Below are positions 1-11,876 of a DNA stretch of 64,000 bases, piece by piece (position 1 is the stretch's first letter; each line of letters starts with the position of its first letter). The DNA is from Macrostomum lignano (Eukaryota): the NCBI GenBank assembly GCA_002269645.1, contig NIVC01000827.1, forward strand, positions 124,001 through 188,000, written 5' to 3'. The position numbers and the translations under genes were made by a program. Below the pieces are notes generated by a model. That model did not search any database, was not told where the DNA came from, and saw only the letters and a list, made by a program, of their open reading frames with translations.

Positions 1-49
1 TCAGTTGCCAATGCCGATAGCCTGGCCGATCAGAAACCAACAGCAAGCC

Positions 50-716
50 ATGCTAGGACTGCTCACTGTGCTCAGCATCGCTGCGGCCGTCTGCGAGGCC
101 CCCGAGCCACCGGGCTCGATCAGCTGGACGCAGAGCTTCGACAAACTCGAAGACTACGAGGTGGCTCGGACTGAACGAGTCGCGTCCGAAATCCAGTGCG
201 TGACGCTGGCCAGCCGAGCGGCCTCGGCCCAGGTCGCCGCCTACGACGCCAAGACCGAGCTGTGCAGGACTTACCGCTGCCGAATGGGGCTGCCGCACTG
301 CAGGAAGTGCCGGAATGTGCACAAAGGCAATCAGGCTGTTTGGGTGAGCACCAGGTTATGCGTCCTTCCAGGCGAAACTTTAATGCCTTACACTCGTCAT
401 CACCAGCTTTCACAAGCAACAATTTACAGACCAACATAAACGATTTGTAAAGTTGTTTTTCTGCTCGACCTTCCCTTTCAATAGCTTGGATCGAATCGTC
501 TTTTGGAAGGCCACTAAGTACGAGTAATGCATTTTCATAAAACTTCGATTCACTTCAGACGGCCAGCACCGACTGTTGGATTACAATCCAGCACCGGACC
601 TCCAGCTCCACCAGCTTTAACGCTAGCTACGCCGCTTACAAGAGTGGCTTTGGTGAAGGCGAGAATGGAAACTTTTGGATCGGTGAGTTCCTTTGTTAAG
701 ACTGTAGAATACATCG

Positions 717-755
<39 letters not shown>

Positions 756-1264
756 CGTGTGTCTGTCTGTCTGTCTATCTGTACGCACCCGTCTTTGAGG
801 ACATGGCAAGTCATTCTCGCAATCGTCTTACCAAATGAATCACAGGCCTGAGAAATATTTTTGAGTTGACTTCAAGTCCGCAGCCACGGCAGCTGCTCAT
901 CCTGATGAAGCTGTGGAACAACACTGAGAGCTGGGCGCGCTACTCCAGCTTCTACATTTATGATGAAGCCAACAAATTTAGAATGTTCGTTTCCGGTTTC
1001 TCCGGAAGCTCCGGTGTTGCTGATGACCTCGCTCAATTTGACAACAAAGACTTTTCCGCCAGAGACGGACCATCAGGAGATGGACAAAAAAACTGTGCCA
1101 AGTTCGCAGGCGGCGCTTGGTGGTTCGGAGGCTGCCCGGACGGCCACCTAAACGGAGCTTATCAGACATCATCTGCCGTGCCTGGCAAGGGCCAGGGCGT
1201 CATCTGGTCCCGGTCGTACGGCGCTGAGTACTCGCTGAAGGAGGTCGAGATGCTACTAATTTGA
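50..1264 (+). CDS. Secreted PAN/apple-like + fibrinogen-related domain protein, copy A (278 aa); exons 50-343, 559-682, 846-1264
   Basis: Signal peptide MLGLLTVLSIAAAVCEA. GT-AG junctions TGG|gtgagc, ttcag|ACG, ATCG|gtgag and cacag|GC join in frame. FReD motifs IQHR..F..Y..GFG...FWIG, GAWWFGGCPDGHLNG and YSLKEVEMLL are present. Confidence 0.9.
719..782. repeat. (TCTG)n microsatellite in intron 2 of FReD A
   Basis: Direct reading. Confidence 0.95.
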
Positions 1265-1544
1265 ACTGGGACACTCAAAACTAACTTTTGATACCCTAAC
1301 TGAAAATGGTGGTCACTTCTCTGAGTACTAACAGTAGTACATTTCCATACCTAATCAAAATACACATAGAATCGAATAATTATCCTGAGTCTTGTGCCTC
1401 TGCAAGGACAAAGTACGAAATACAAGGCACTGCAAAAATCTATTGACTTCACATGATAAACTTATTTGGCTTTGAAAAAGTAAAACGGCCGCTGAACAGA
1501 GAAGTCGCGGTTATAAAGATTGTTGCGATATCGTGTTTGCTTGG

Positions 1545-2478
1545 TGTAGGCAGCGCCTAATAGCGTGTCAACCGCAGCATCGGGAAGGTGGTGAAGACTT
1601 CTGTTGCTGAAGGTCGGAACTGGAGAAAGGCCCTGGACGACTGGCTTCTGGCATTCCGCACAACGCCTCACCGAGCAACTGGGCGGACTCCGGCCAAGCT
1701 CCTCATGGGCAGGCCGATCAACGACGTAATCCCAGTCAGCAGACAGCCGAAGTCATCTGGTGTCGGCCAGGAAGCCGTGAAGGACTAGAACCGGCGGTAC
1801 ACGCAGCAGATGAAGAGAGTGCGTTCGACAGGCGCACGGCCGCAAAGGAGCACCGCATCGTTCCCGCCATGAATGTCTTCGCAAGCAGCAGGCACGCAAA
1901 AAAACGCAGCTGCCATTCGAAACTCCGCCATATGGACGGTGCAGGAGGTTCGAGGCGATACCTGCATCCTTCGGCGAGGCCAGTAGTCTTGCATGCGGCA
2001 CGTGACCCAGCTGCGGCCTCTAATGGAACCGTCGGACCAGTCAGCCGACCAGTCCGCCGGCCAGTCAGCCGACCAGTCCGCAGAGCGGCCCGCGACACTC
2101 CGAAGTGCTATACGAGTTAAATAGCTGATCCGCATTGCCCGAAGCGGCGTAACTTAAGCTGTGTTTCGTGCAAACAGTCCATTTTCTTTAGTTCGAAGTT
2201 TTTTTTCTTTTTTCAATTCCTTTGGGGGGGGGAGAAGCGTAGGCAGCGCCTACTCGTACTATCGCGTGTGTTGGGGTGGTTGTTAGCGGCTGCGTCGCGT
2301 GACTCTGCTAGCTCAACCCCTTGTGCGTACAATATCAAATGTGCATAGTGCGACTTTAGCCACCACCCTGACTCAGCTCAATTATTCAATAAATATACTG
2401 ATCCCTATTATTCTCGCCTGTAAGCTTTCGGCAACTATCGACTACAACAAGCAGCCTAGTCTCGTTTCACTCACAACA
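1545..2478 (+). mobile_element. Internally deleted Ty3/Gypsy LTR retrotransposon: 15-bp stub of 5' LTR, integrase C-terminal fragment, polypurine tract, 3' LTR 2238-2478
   Basis: TG...CA ends flanked by a 5-bp TSD CTTGG (1540-1544, 2479-2483). TGTAGGCAGCGCCTA at 1545 recurs as CGTAGGCAGCGCCTA at 2238, right after a G-run/AGAAG polypurine tract. Integrase-like peptide NRSIGKVVKT..WRKALDDWLLAFRTTPHRATGRTPAKLLMGR. Confidence 0.85.
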
Positions 2479-4556
2479 CTTGGCTCTATATAGCTACGAT
2501 GCAACATCATTGATATGGTGTTTGCTTGGCTCTTTAAAGCTACGATGCAATATCATTGATATGGTGTTTGCTTGGCTCTTTAAAGCTACGATGCAATATC
2601 ATTGATATGGTGTTTGCTTGGCTCTTTAAAGCTACGATGCAATATCATTGATTTGGTGTTTGCTTGGCTCTTTAAAGCTACGATGCAATATCATTGATAT
2701 GGTGTTTGCTTGGCTCTATAAAGCTACGATGCAATATCATTGATATGGTGTTTGCTTGGCTCTATAAAGCTACGATGCAATATCATTGATATGGTGTTTG
2801 CTTGGCTCTTTAAAGCTACGATGCAATATCATTGATATGGTGTTTGCTTGGCTCTATAAAGCTACGATGCAACATCATTGATATGGTGTTTGCTTGGCTC
2901 TTTAAAGCTACGATGCAATATCATTGATATGGTGTTTGCTTGGCTCTATAAAGCTACGATGCAACATCATTGATATGGTGTTTGCTTGGCTCTATAAAGC
3001 TACGATGCAATATCATTGATATGGTGTTTGCTTGGCTCTTTAAAGCTACGATGCAATATCATTGATATGGTGTTTGCTTGGCTCTATAAAGCTACGATGC
3101 AATATCATTGATTTGGTGTTTGCTTGGCTCTTTAAAGCTACGATGCAATATCATTGATATGGTGTTTGCTTGGCTCTATAAAGCTACGATGCAATATCAT
3201 TGATATGGTGCTTGCTTGGCTCTATAAAGCTACGATGCAATATCATTGATATGGTGTTTGCTTGGCTCTATAAAGCTACGATGCAATATCATTGATATGG
3301 TGTTTGCTTGGCTCTTTAAAGCTACGATGCAATATCATTGATATGGTGTTTGCTTGGCTCTATAAAGCTACGATGCAACATCATTGATATGGTGTTTGCT
3401 TGGCTCTATAAAGCTACGATGCAACATCATTGATATGGTGTTTGCTTGGCTCTATAAAGCTACGATGCAACATCATTGATATGGTGTTTGCTTGGCTCTT
3501 TAAAGCTACGATGCAATATCATTGATATGGTGTTTGCTTGGCTCTTTAAAGCTACGATGCAATATCATTGATATGGTGTTTGCTTGGCTCTATAAAGCTA
3601 CGATGCAATATCATTGATTTGGTGTTTGCTTGGCTCTTTAAAGCTACGATGCAATATCATTGATATGGTGTTTGCTTGGCTCTATAAAGCTACGATGCAA
3701 CATCATTGATATGGTGTTTGCTTGGCTCTATAAAGCTACGATGCAATATCATTGATATGGTGTTTGCTTGGCTCTATAAAGCTACGATGCAATATCATTG
3801 ATATGGTGTTTGCTTGGCTCTTTAAAGCTACGATGCAATATCATTGATATGGTGTTTGCTTGGCTCTATAAAGCTACGATGCAATATCATTGATTTGGTG
3901 TTTGCTTGGCTCTTTAAAGCTACGATGCAATATCATTGATATGGTGTTTGCTTGGCTCTATAAAGCTACGATGCAACATCATTGATATGGTGTTTGCTTG
4001 GCTCTATAAAGCTACGATGCAATATCATTGATATGGTGTTTGCTTGGCTCTATAAAGCTACGATGCAACATCATTGATATGGTGTTTGCTTGGCTCTATA
4101 AAGCTACGATGCAACATCATTGATATGGTGTTTGCTTGGCTCTATAAAGCTACGATGCAATATCATTGATATGGTGTTTGCTTGGCTCTATAAAGCTACG
4201 ATGCAATATCATTGATATGGTGTTTGCTTGGCTCTATAAAGCTACGATGCAATATCATTGATATGGTGTTTGCTTGGCTCTATAAAGCTACGATGCAATA
4301 TCATTGATATGGTGTTTGCTTGGCTCTTTAAAGCTACGATGCAATATCATTGATATGGTGTTTGCTTGGCTCTATAAAGCTACGATGCAACATCATTGAT
4401 ATGGTGTTTGCTTGGCTCTATAAAGCTACGATGCAACATCATTGATATGGTGTTTGCTTGGCTCTATAAAGCTACGATGCAACATCATTGATATGGTGTT
4501 TGCTTGGCTCTATATAGCTACGATGCAATATCATTGATATGGTGCTTGCTTGGCTC
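2479..4556. repeat. 46-bp tandem satellite, about 45 copies (CTCT[A/T]TAAAGCTACGATGCAA[T/C]ATCATTGAT[A/T]TGGTGTTTGCTTGG)
   Basis: Head-to-tail units with no spacers and three recurrent variable sites. Confidence 0.97.
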
Positions 4557-5334
4557 AAAATGCACCGTTTCAATATCTTTCACGGCTACCATTTGTTCGA
4601 AAGAACCAAAATCTAAGCCACGGAAAACTCTCTGGAACTCTGCCGGTGTTTTGGGTGTCATTTTCTTAGAACTTCGTCTGACTAAAGGGATGAATCAAAC
4701 TCGAACAAACCGCATACTTGAATTTTTTTACAGTTGCAGTCCAGAACATTAGGAAACTGCCTAATACAGCGCTAGAAAACTGAACATCAATTTTTTTGCA
4801 AAAGTAGGCCTGTTGAGATAATTTTTGCGATTCAAGACAACGCTTTAGCGCTAGGCGAGCTATAAGCTTGCAAGCCAAGAATTCTTCATTGTCTTGCTTA
4901 TCAAAACCAAACCAAGGAAGTATTTACTGCTGAAGTACCTATGTTAGTACCTAGCAAGCGCTTGGCAGAAGAAACACCAGGAAGCGGTGCCGCATTTTTT
5001 TAGCCTACCACCTCTTACCAGCAGCTTGACTCCCAAGAAGTCAAAGAAGCGGCAACTGCGCACCGTCTTTGAGACCGGTGAGCGATCCATCCCAGCGATT
5101 TTCTACCACCCCTGACACACGCTCTCTGCTGACTTCATCGCGGATGTGCGGCAGAGCTGCCACAGGAAAGAGCCGATCCACAATTCCGGAATCCAGCTTC
5201 GGAACCTCGGTGCTTCCTGGATAGCCGGCCCATGCAGAATCTTTGACTAGCGAGTTCAGCCTTATCTCTATTTAAAGCCTGAAGCAGAGTTGCCAATGCC
5301 GATAGCCTGGGCGATCAGAAACTAACAGCAAGCC

Positions 5335-6086
5335 ATGCTAGGATTGCTCACTGTGCTCAGCATCGCTGCGGCCGTCTGCGAGGCCCCCGAGCCACCGGGC
5401 TCGATCAGCTGGACGCAGAGCTTCGACAAACTCGAAGACTACGAGGTGGCTCGGACTGAACGAGTCGCGTCCGAAATCCAGTGCGTGACGCTGGCCAGCC
5501 GAGCGGCCTCGGCCCAGGTCGCCGCCTACGACGCCAAGACCGAGCTGTGCAGGACTTACCGCTGCCGAATGGGGCTGCCGCACTGCAGGAAGTGCCGGAA
5601 TGTGCACAAAGGCAATCAGTCTGTTTGGGTGAGCGCGTGCTGTCTGGCCTTGAAGTCAGTGAGGGGAAGCAGACTCAAGGACAGGCAGAACTCATGATTT
5701 TGAAAGTCATGAGTCCTTAGGCTGGAATTTAAATATGAGCGTTGCTGCTATCAATCAATATCAATCCCTTTTCTTATCGATATAACAGCACCAGCCACAC
5801 AAGCCCTCAGCAGCAGGCACTTCAACACTCAGCACCGCCCACAACACTCAGCACCGCTCACAACACTCAGCACCGCCCACAACAACACTTACGCAATTAC
5901 CAATTCTACTCCCATTTAGACGGCCAGAACGAACTGTTGGACTACAATCCAGCACCGGATTTCCGACTCGACCAGCTTTGGTGTCGGCTACCACAGATAC
6001 AAGAAAGGCTTCGGTGAAGGCGAGAATGGAAACTTTTGGATCGGTGAGTTCGTTTGTTAAGACTGTAGAAAGACAACAGTCTGTCC

Positions 6087-6127
<41 letters not shown>

Positions 6128-6618
6128 CCTGCCTGTCTGTCTGTCTGTCTATCTGTCTGTCTGTTTGCCTGTCTCATACGTCTCATATTTTATCAATGGC
6201 AGGCCTGAGAACTATTCGCGATTTAACATCCGGTCCTGAACGGCAGCTACTCATCCTGATGAAGCTGTGGAACGGCACTGAGAGCTTTGCCCGCTACACC
6301 AGATTCTCAGTTGACACCGAAGACAACGATTTCAAGCTGTTCATCTCTGGTTTCTCCGGAAGCTCCGGTGTCGGTGACGACCTGGCTCAATTCAACGGCA
6401 AAAGGTTCTCCGCCAAGGATGACGCATCGGGAGATACGGAGGAAGACTGCGCTAGAGACGCCAAAGGCGCTTGGTGGTTTGCTGGCTGCCCGGACGGCCA
6501 CCCGAACGGAGCTTATCAGACGTCATCTGCCGTGCCTGGCAAGGGCCAGGGCGTCATCTGGTCCCGGCCTTACGGCGCTGAGTACTCGCTGAAGGAGGTC
6601 GAGATGCTGCTAATTTGA
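5335..6618 (+). CDS. Secreted PAN/apple-like + FReD protein, copy B (277 aa); exons 5335-5628, 5920-6043, 6203-6618
   Basis: Same exon phases as copy A (294/124/416 nt), canonical splice sites, intact frame. Confidence 0.9.
6080..6172. repeat. (TCTG)n microsatellite in intron 2 of FReD B
   Basis: Direct reading. Confidence 0.95.
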
Positions 6619-6693
6619 ACTGAAACATGCATGGGTTGATTACTAACATACAGAATTTCTTGTTTCTCAAGTATCTTCCCCAAGGCAAACCTT

Positions 6694-7178
6694 AGTCTAG
6701 AGACCAAGGCAGTCCAAGTCTAGAGACCAAGGCAGTCCAAGTCTAGAGACCAAGGCAGTCCAAGTCTAGAGACCAAGGCAGTCCAAGTCTAGAGACCAAG
6801 GCAGTCCAAGTCTAGAGACCAAGACAGTCCAAGTCTAGAGACCAAGGCAGTCCAAGTCTAGAGACCAAGACAGTCCAAGTCTAGAGACCAAGGCAGTCCA
6901 AGTCTAGAGACCAAGGCAGTCCAAGTCTAGAGACCAATGCAGTCCAAGTCTAGAGACCAAGGCAGTCCAAGTCTAGAGACCAATGCACCATCAAATCTAG
7001 AGACCAATGCACCATCAGGTCTAGAGAGCAATGCACCATTAAGTCTAGAGACCAATGCACCATCAAATCTAGAGACCAATGCACCATCAAGTCTAGAGAC
7101 CAATGCACCATTAAGTCTAGAGACCAATGCACCATCAAGTCTAGAGACCAATGCACCATCAAGTCTAGAGACCAATGC
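6694..7178. repeat. Compound minisatellite: 23-bp units switching to 24-bp units, sharing the core AAGTCTAGAGACCAA
   Basis: AGTCTAGAGACCAAGGCAGTCCA repeats to about 6975, then AGTCTAGAGACCAATGCACCATCA-type units follow. Confidence 0.95.
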
Positions 7179-7756
7179 AAGAGCCTATATCCGGTTAATT
7201 AACTACGAGCCTGTGCGAGCTTCAGAGCACTTCAAATACACAGCCGATAACCCGGAAGCTGAGACAAACAATAAAGCAAGCAGCATTCCAAAAATTCAAC
7301 TTGATGATTCCAGCCCAACTTTATTGCACTCACGCTGGCGCACACACCGCTCGCACTTTTGACGAGCAGGATTATTCAGCCAACAAGCTACAGATCTTCT
7401 GCCTCCCTGAGCAAACACAGTCTGGAGATTATTCGGTCCTCGCGATAAGAAATAATAAAAATGTCAGTTCCTCCATCCGTGTAGCACTGATGTCGAGTCG
7501 CTCAGGTTTGCTCTGCAAGATTAAATAAGCTGTCCGAATTGACTGAGAATCAATCTGCTGCTTACAGGACACGCATGGGGGTTGCCTGTAGGTGGCCAAT
7601 AAATTCTAACTAATTGCTAGTCGGCATCTCTCTTTGAGATCGATTTCGATGAGTTGAGCTCTAAGCTCTTATTTTAGACGATTAACTCACACCCAAGCGG
7701 TAGAAAGACCCAGTGGAAGCAGTCAGCTCCTCTTGCGGGGGAAATTGTTTCCGACA

Positions 7757-10700
7757 ATGAGGTGAGTATTGAATTGGCTCGTAAAGCTGATTAATGTCTC
7801 TTGAATCTCAACTTGCTTTATTCAGACTGGTGAAAAAACTACTTAAGTGTGTTAAACTAAACACGCCACTCAATTTCAATTAGTGGAAAGCAATTTGCAG
7901 CATTTCCTAGAAATCGCCATCTCTCATCCCGCAGAATTGAAGACGCTGAAAGCGGCGAGTTCTATCGCAATCAAACGCAGTCACCGCCGCCGCCGCCGAA
8001 ACCGCAGGCGTCGTTGACCCGCGGCGCCAAGCTGGTGCTGGCTGAGTGGCTCTGCAGCACCAGCACGCACGGGGTCGGCCAGTGCGTGAAGTCGCAGTCG
8101 ATCGCCGGCCGACTTCTCTGGCTGCTGCTCATCGGCGGCTGTCTCGGCTTCTCAGCCTGGCACCTGGCCAAGCTGATGTCGCAGTATGTGAACTTCCCAA
8201 CCACCATGAGCATGTCGGAGGTCAACGTGCCGGCAACCCTGCCGGACGTGGTGCTGTGCAACAGCGATCTGGTGTCGGCCTACCGGCTGAGCCTGCTGAA
8301 TGTGTCGGCGCGCGCAGAGCTGGAGTCCGCCTACGCGCGCTACCTGAACGTGTGCCTGAAGGCCGGCGCGGACAAGGGCCAGGTGTCCTACACCAGCCAC
8401 TTCAAGCGGCTGTTCTACCGGCTGCCGATCACCGCTTCCATTCGACCTCAGCTGCAGGACGTCATCGTTGGATTCACGTACGGTGACCAGCTGGAGGGCG
8501 GCTGCTTCGATTTTCGTAGCTACCTGGCCGACGTTAACGATCGGCTGATGATCTGCTACCGCCTGATCCTGCGGGACGTGATCCACCGGATGCAGCTCAA
8601 TAGTGTTCCATTCAGCCAGGAGGTCCTGAAGCTGCTGCTGTTTAAGCGGCCTCGGGCCGGGAACACGTTCAGCAGCTTCTTTGACACTGACTGGGCAAAA
8701 AACCAAGCTCTGAAGCTGCTGCTGCAGGAGAGCGGCGAGGACGCCCTGCAGCTGTTCTTCGTTGACGGGACAGACGCCATCAACTCGCAGACTGCCCTGG
8801 GCACGAAGAGTCTGCACCTCACCCACGGCAGGCACTACGATGTTCAGGTGCGTAAAGTTCCATATTAAGAATATACGCGTAGATTGCTACCCTGCATGCA
8901 GCGAGCATGGCAACGAATTGAAAATGCTTCGAAATAATTTTATGACAAAAAGGCATGCTCAGGGGCCAGGGAAATGGGCACGAATGCTTGCCTCCCTTGC
9001 TGGCTGCTGCAGGTCGTCCGTCTCTTCAATTTTGGTGAAACTCAGGGCTCAAGGACGAAAGGTAGGAAAAGGAGGGGTGAGGGTAAGACGAGAGGAGAGG
9101 CAGAATGAAATTGAAGAGGGAAGAGGAGAGACGGGAGAAAAGTAGAAAAAAGGAGAGTTGAGAAAGAGAAGGTGAGTAAAGATGGGGAAAGGAAGAGAGG
9201 AGAGAGGAGAGAAGGGAGAAGAGAGAAAGGAAAGAGGAGAGAGGAGACCAGAGGAGAAAAGAGCTGAGAAGAGACAAACGTTGAGCGGGCCAGATTGCCA
9301 TTGTCAAGTTTCGAAGGACTCAAGGACCGGATGGAGAGGCTTCGTCTTCGTAGGCGGTACATGTATGTGGCCCGCAGGCCCAAGGCTAGAGTCCACCTTT
9401 CTACTTGTACTCTGCCCTCTCGCATGGCGACATTTCTTTACTCGCCATGCAGGCTTTTCGTGCCACACTCGACACTGTCTACTTACACGCATCAGTAGAT
9501 GAACTCTGAAATCACCCAAGCCTCTATAACCGCGATATGCCCCGACCGCAGGTCTCTCAGGTGATGTACGAGAATTCCGACCCGAGCGACTGCGTCACGG
9601 ACACCATCTATCAGGTGGAGGACGTTCTCAGCAACTTCCCCATCAACTACAGCCGGTCGAACTGTCAGGCAAAAATTTGTGCGAAGAAAATCACGGCCGA
9701 CCTGAACTGCTACCACTCGGGCACCATCGTGTTCACCGAGTTGGCTAAAAAGTTTCGCGACTGCAGCAGCTTCGATGAGGACCTGCCGCCGGACTCAGAG
9801 TTCGTGTCCGCTCTCGAGCTTCTACACCGCCTTAGCAACCGGATGAAGCGAAGCATCGTCTGCAACGGTTCGAAAATCAGCAGCTGCCCTCAGGAGGCCT
9901 GCGTCCGCTTCAAGCGCACGGTGGAGGCGGACAGCTACAGCTGGCCCTTCCTGTCCGCGGTCGGCAGCAGGAACTACTCGTCTGAGATCAAAACTGCCGG
10001 CAACCTGAGGAGAACGCTGAATGCCTTCAGGAGGGCTATGGCTAACGAGACTTCCGAAATTGCCGATGCCTATCCGGACAGCGAGCTCAATAACGAGACG
10101 GACACCTGGTACCTGATGCGGGTGAGTTGCTGGCGGCCAACCCCCAAGGCACAGAGAGTGTACAAGCCGGAGGATTACAGAATCTGGGCCGCTGTACGAG
10201 TGCTGTGCCTGCGTGTACAGTGTAGGCACGCTTGTACATGTTTGTGCTCAGAAGTCAGCGGAATGGGCAGAGTTGCCTCAGCGCTGGTTGTGGAGCCATG
10301 TTGCCGAGGACGTTGTGCCAGTCTTGCGAAGGACTGAATGCAGCTATTGATGGAGCAGATATCGTGAGCAAGTTGGCAATTTTAATAGTTCGAATGGGGC
10401 GCTTTCACTATGCCGAAACTTCACTATGCCGAAACTCCACTAGGCCGAAACTTCACTATGCCGAAACTTCACTATGCCGAAACTTTACTATGCCGAAACT
10501 CCACTAGGCCGAAACTTCACTATGCCGAAACTTCACTAGGCCGAAACTTCACTATGCCGAAATTTCACTAGGCCGAAACTTCACTATGCCGAAACTTCCA
10601 CTATGTCGAAACTTCACTATGCCGAAACTTCACTATGCCAAAACTTCACATTGCCGAAAAAAACATTTTAGCAGCGTCTTTCACTAGGCCGAAACTTATG

Positions 10701-11155
10701 AAAGAGCGTGCTAGCTATTTCGGCAATGTGAAATTTTGGCCTAGTGAACCCCCCCCCGTTCAATTTCAATTTGTACTGTGAACCAGAAATTGAAGATTAA
10801 CTCCATGGAAAATCCATGGGAAACCCGCAGTCCTATCAAAATTACGTTGAATGTAGCTCAGCTTGAAATTTCACGACTAGCCTGCACTCCTCCATGCACA
10901 CAACCGCAGGTGTTCATCCAGTACCAGTCCGACACCATGCTGCACTATTCTGTGTCACGAAAATTTGAAATCCACGACTTGCTCAGTGATTTCGGCGGAG
11001 CTCTGGGCGTGTGGCTGGGCGCCAGCTTCCTGACCCTCAGCGAGCTGCTGGTGCTGGCCGGCTCCCTGGCCAGTCTGCTGCTGCACAGCCGAGCTATTCG
11101 GGCGCCTCGAAACAAGACTGAAGACACGAGCCGTGATGAAAGTGGGCAATGCTAG
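7757..11155 (+). CDS. DEG/ENaC (amiloride-sensitive channel family) subunit, about 577 aa; exons 7757-7761 (tentative), 7935-8847, 9552-10121, 10910-11155
   Basis: Pre-TM1 STHG motif, TM1, LPDVVLCN (variant of FPAVTICN), Cys-rich thumb YSRSNCQAKIC, TM2 LLSDFGGALGVWLGASFLTLSE with the GAS filter. All junctions are GT-AG and in phase. The 5-nt first coding exon is the least certain part. Confidence 0.88.
9040..9280. repeat. Purine-rich (GA) low-complexity tract in channel intron 2
   Basis: Almost entirely G and A on the + strand. Confidence 0.85.
10396..10757. mobile_element. MITE-like element with tandemly amplified 16-bp subterminal repeat (TGCCGAAACTTCACTA)
   Basis: About 15 tandem units at 10404-10660. 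The same motifs are inverted at the right end (TTTCGGCAATGTGAAA, GGCCTAGTGAA), with GGGG...CCCC termini. No TSD resolved. Confidence 0.55.
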
Positions 11156-11806
11156 ACAATATGCGCTGGCGTAACGACATAATAGCTACAGATTTATTTA
11201 ACAGGGAGTGGCCCGGACTTAATTTGGCAGATTCACTCATTTTAGCGCCATCATTTTAGCGCCATAGTCACTTATCTTGGCAAAGCGCTAACCCCGCGGA
11301 AACCCAACCCGGTTCCTCCGCAGGCGAAGTCCCACAGAGAATAGTGAAAATAAGCAGAGCAAATCCGTTCCTGCAGAGTTAGTCAGCAGTTTTGGCCATA
11401 GACTATGGCTGCCATTTTAAAGTTAACGCCCTCCTGCGCTGCAAAGCAATCCCCCCCCCCCCAAGGCTCAGAGAGTGTACAAGTGCAAGTCACAGAAGTA
11501 GTCAATACAACAGAGATAAAGTGCAATAAAATTGCTAAGTCGAACTTAGAGACCGAATCAAACTTAAAAAGAAGAATGTTGCAGCAGTCTTGGCTGGAAT
11601 CCAACCTGTGTATTCTTCACAGCGCCTGGTTTCGGAATGCTAAAAAGTTGCCGGCGGCAGGCCGATTTAAAACAAATCAGGAAAAAAGGGGGCAAACAAA
11701 GTTTGTGAAAGCAGCAGACAAGAAAAGTTGAATGAGAAGCACAGTTAATAAGTTTGTTGTTGCGAAAAAATGTTTTTTTAGAACTGCAATTTCTGAAAGC
11801 AAATAC

Positions 11807-11876
11807 TGGCTCAAGTCTAGCAGCCTGCACCCTCAGCCCGAATGCAAGCTCCGGGGTTCGATTCCCCACGCAGCCA
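11807..11876 (+). other. tRNA-like remnant (tRNA pseudogene or SINE head)
   Basis: A-box-like TGGCTCAAGT and a T-arm GGGGTTCGATTCCCC ending GCAGCCA. The acceptor and anticodon arms do not form properly. Confidence 0.4.

Noticed and set aside
2479-4556. CRISPR-like array (also considered for the 45-, 31- and 57-bp arrays)
   Set aside because: Units are head-to-tail without unique spacers, there are no cas genes, and the context is eukaryotic and intron-containing.
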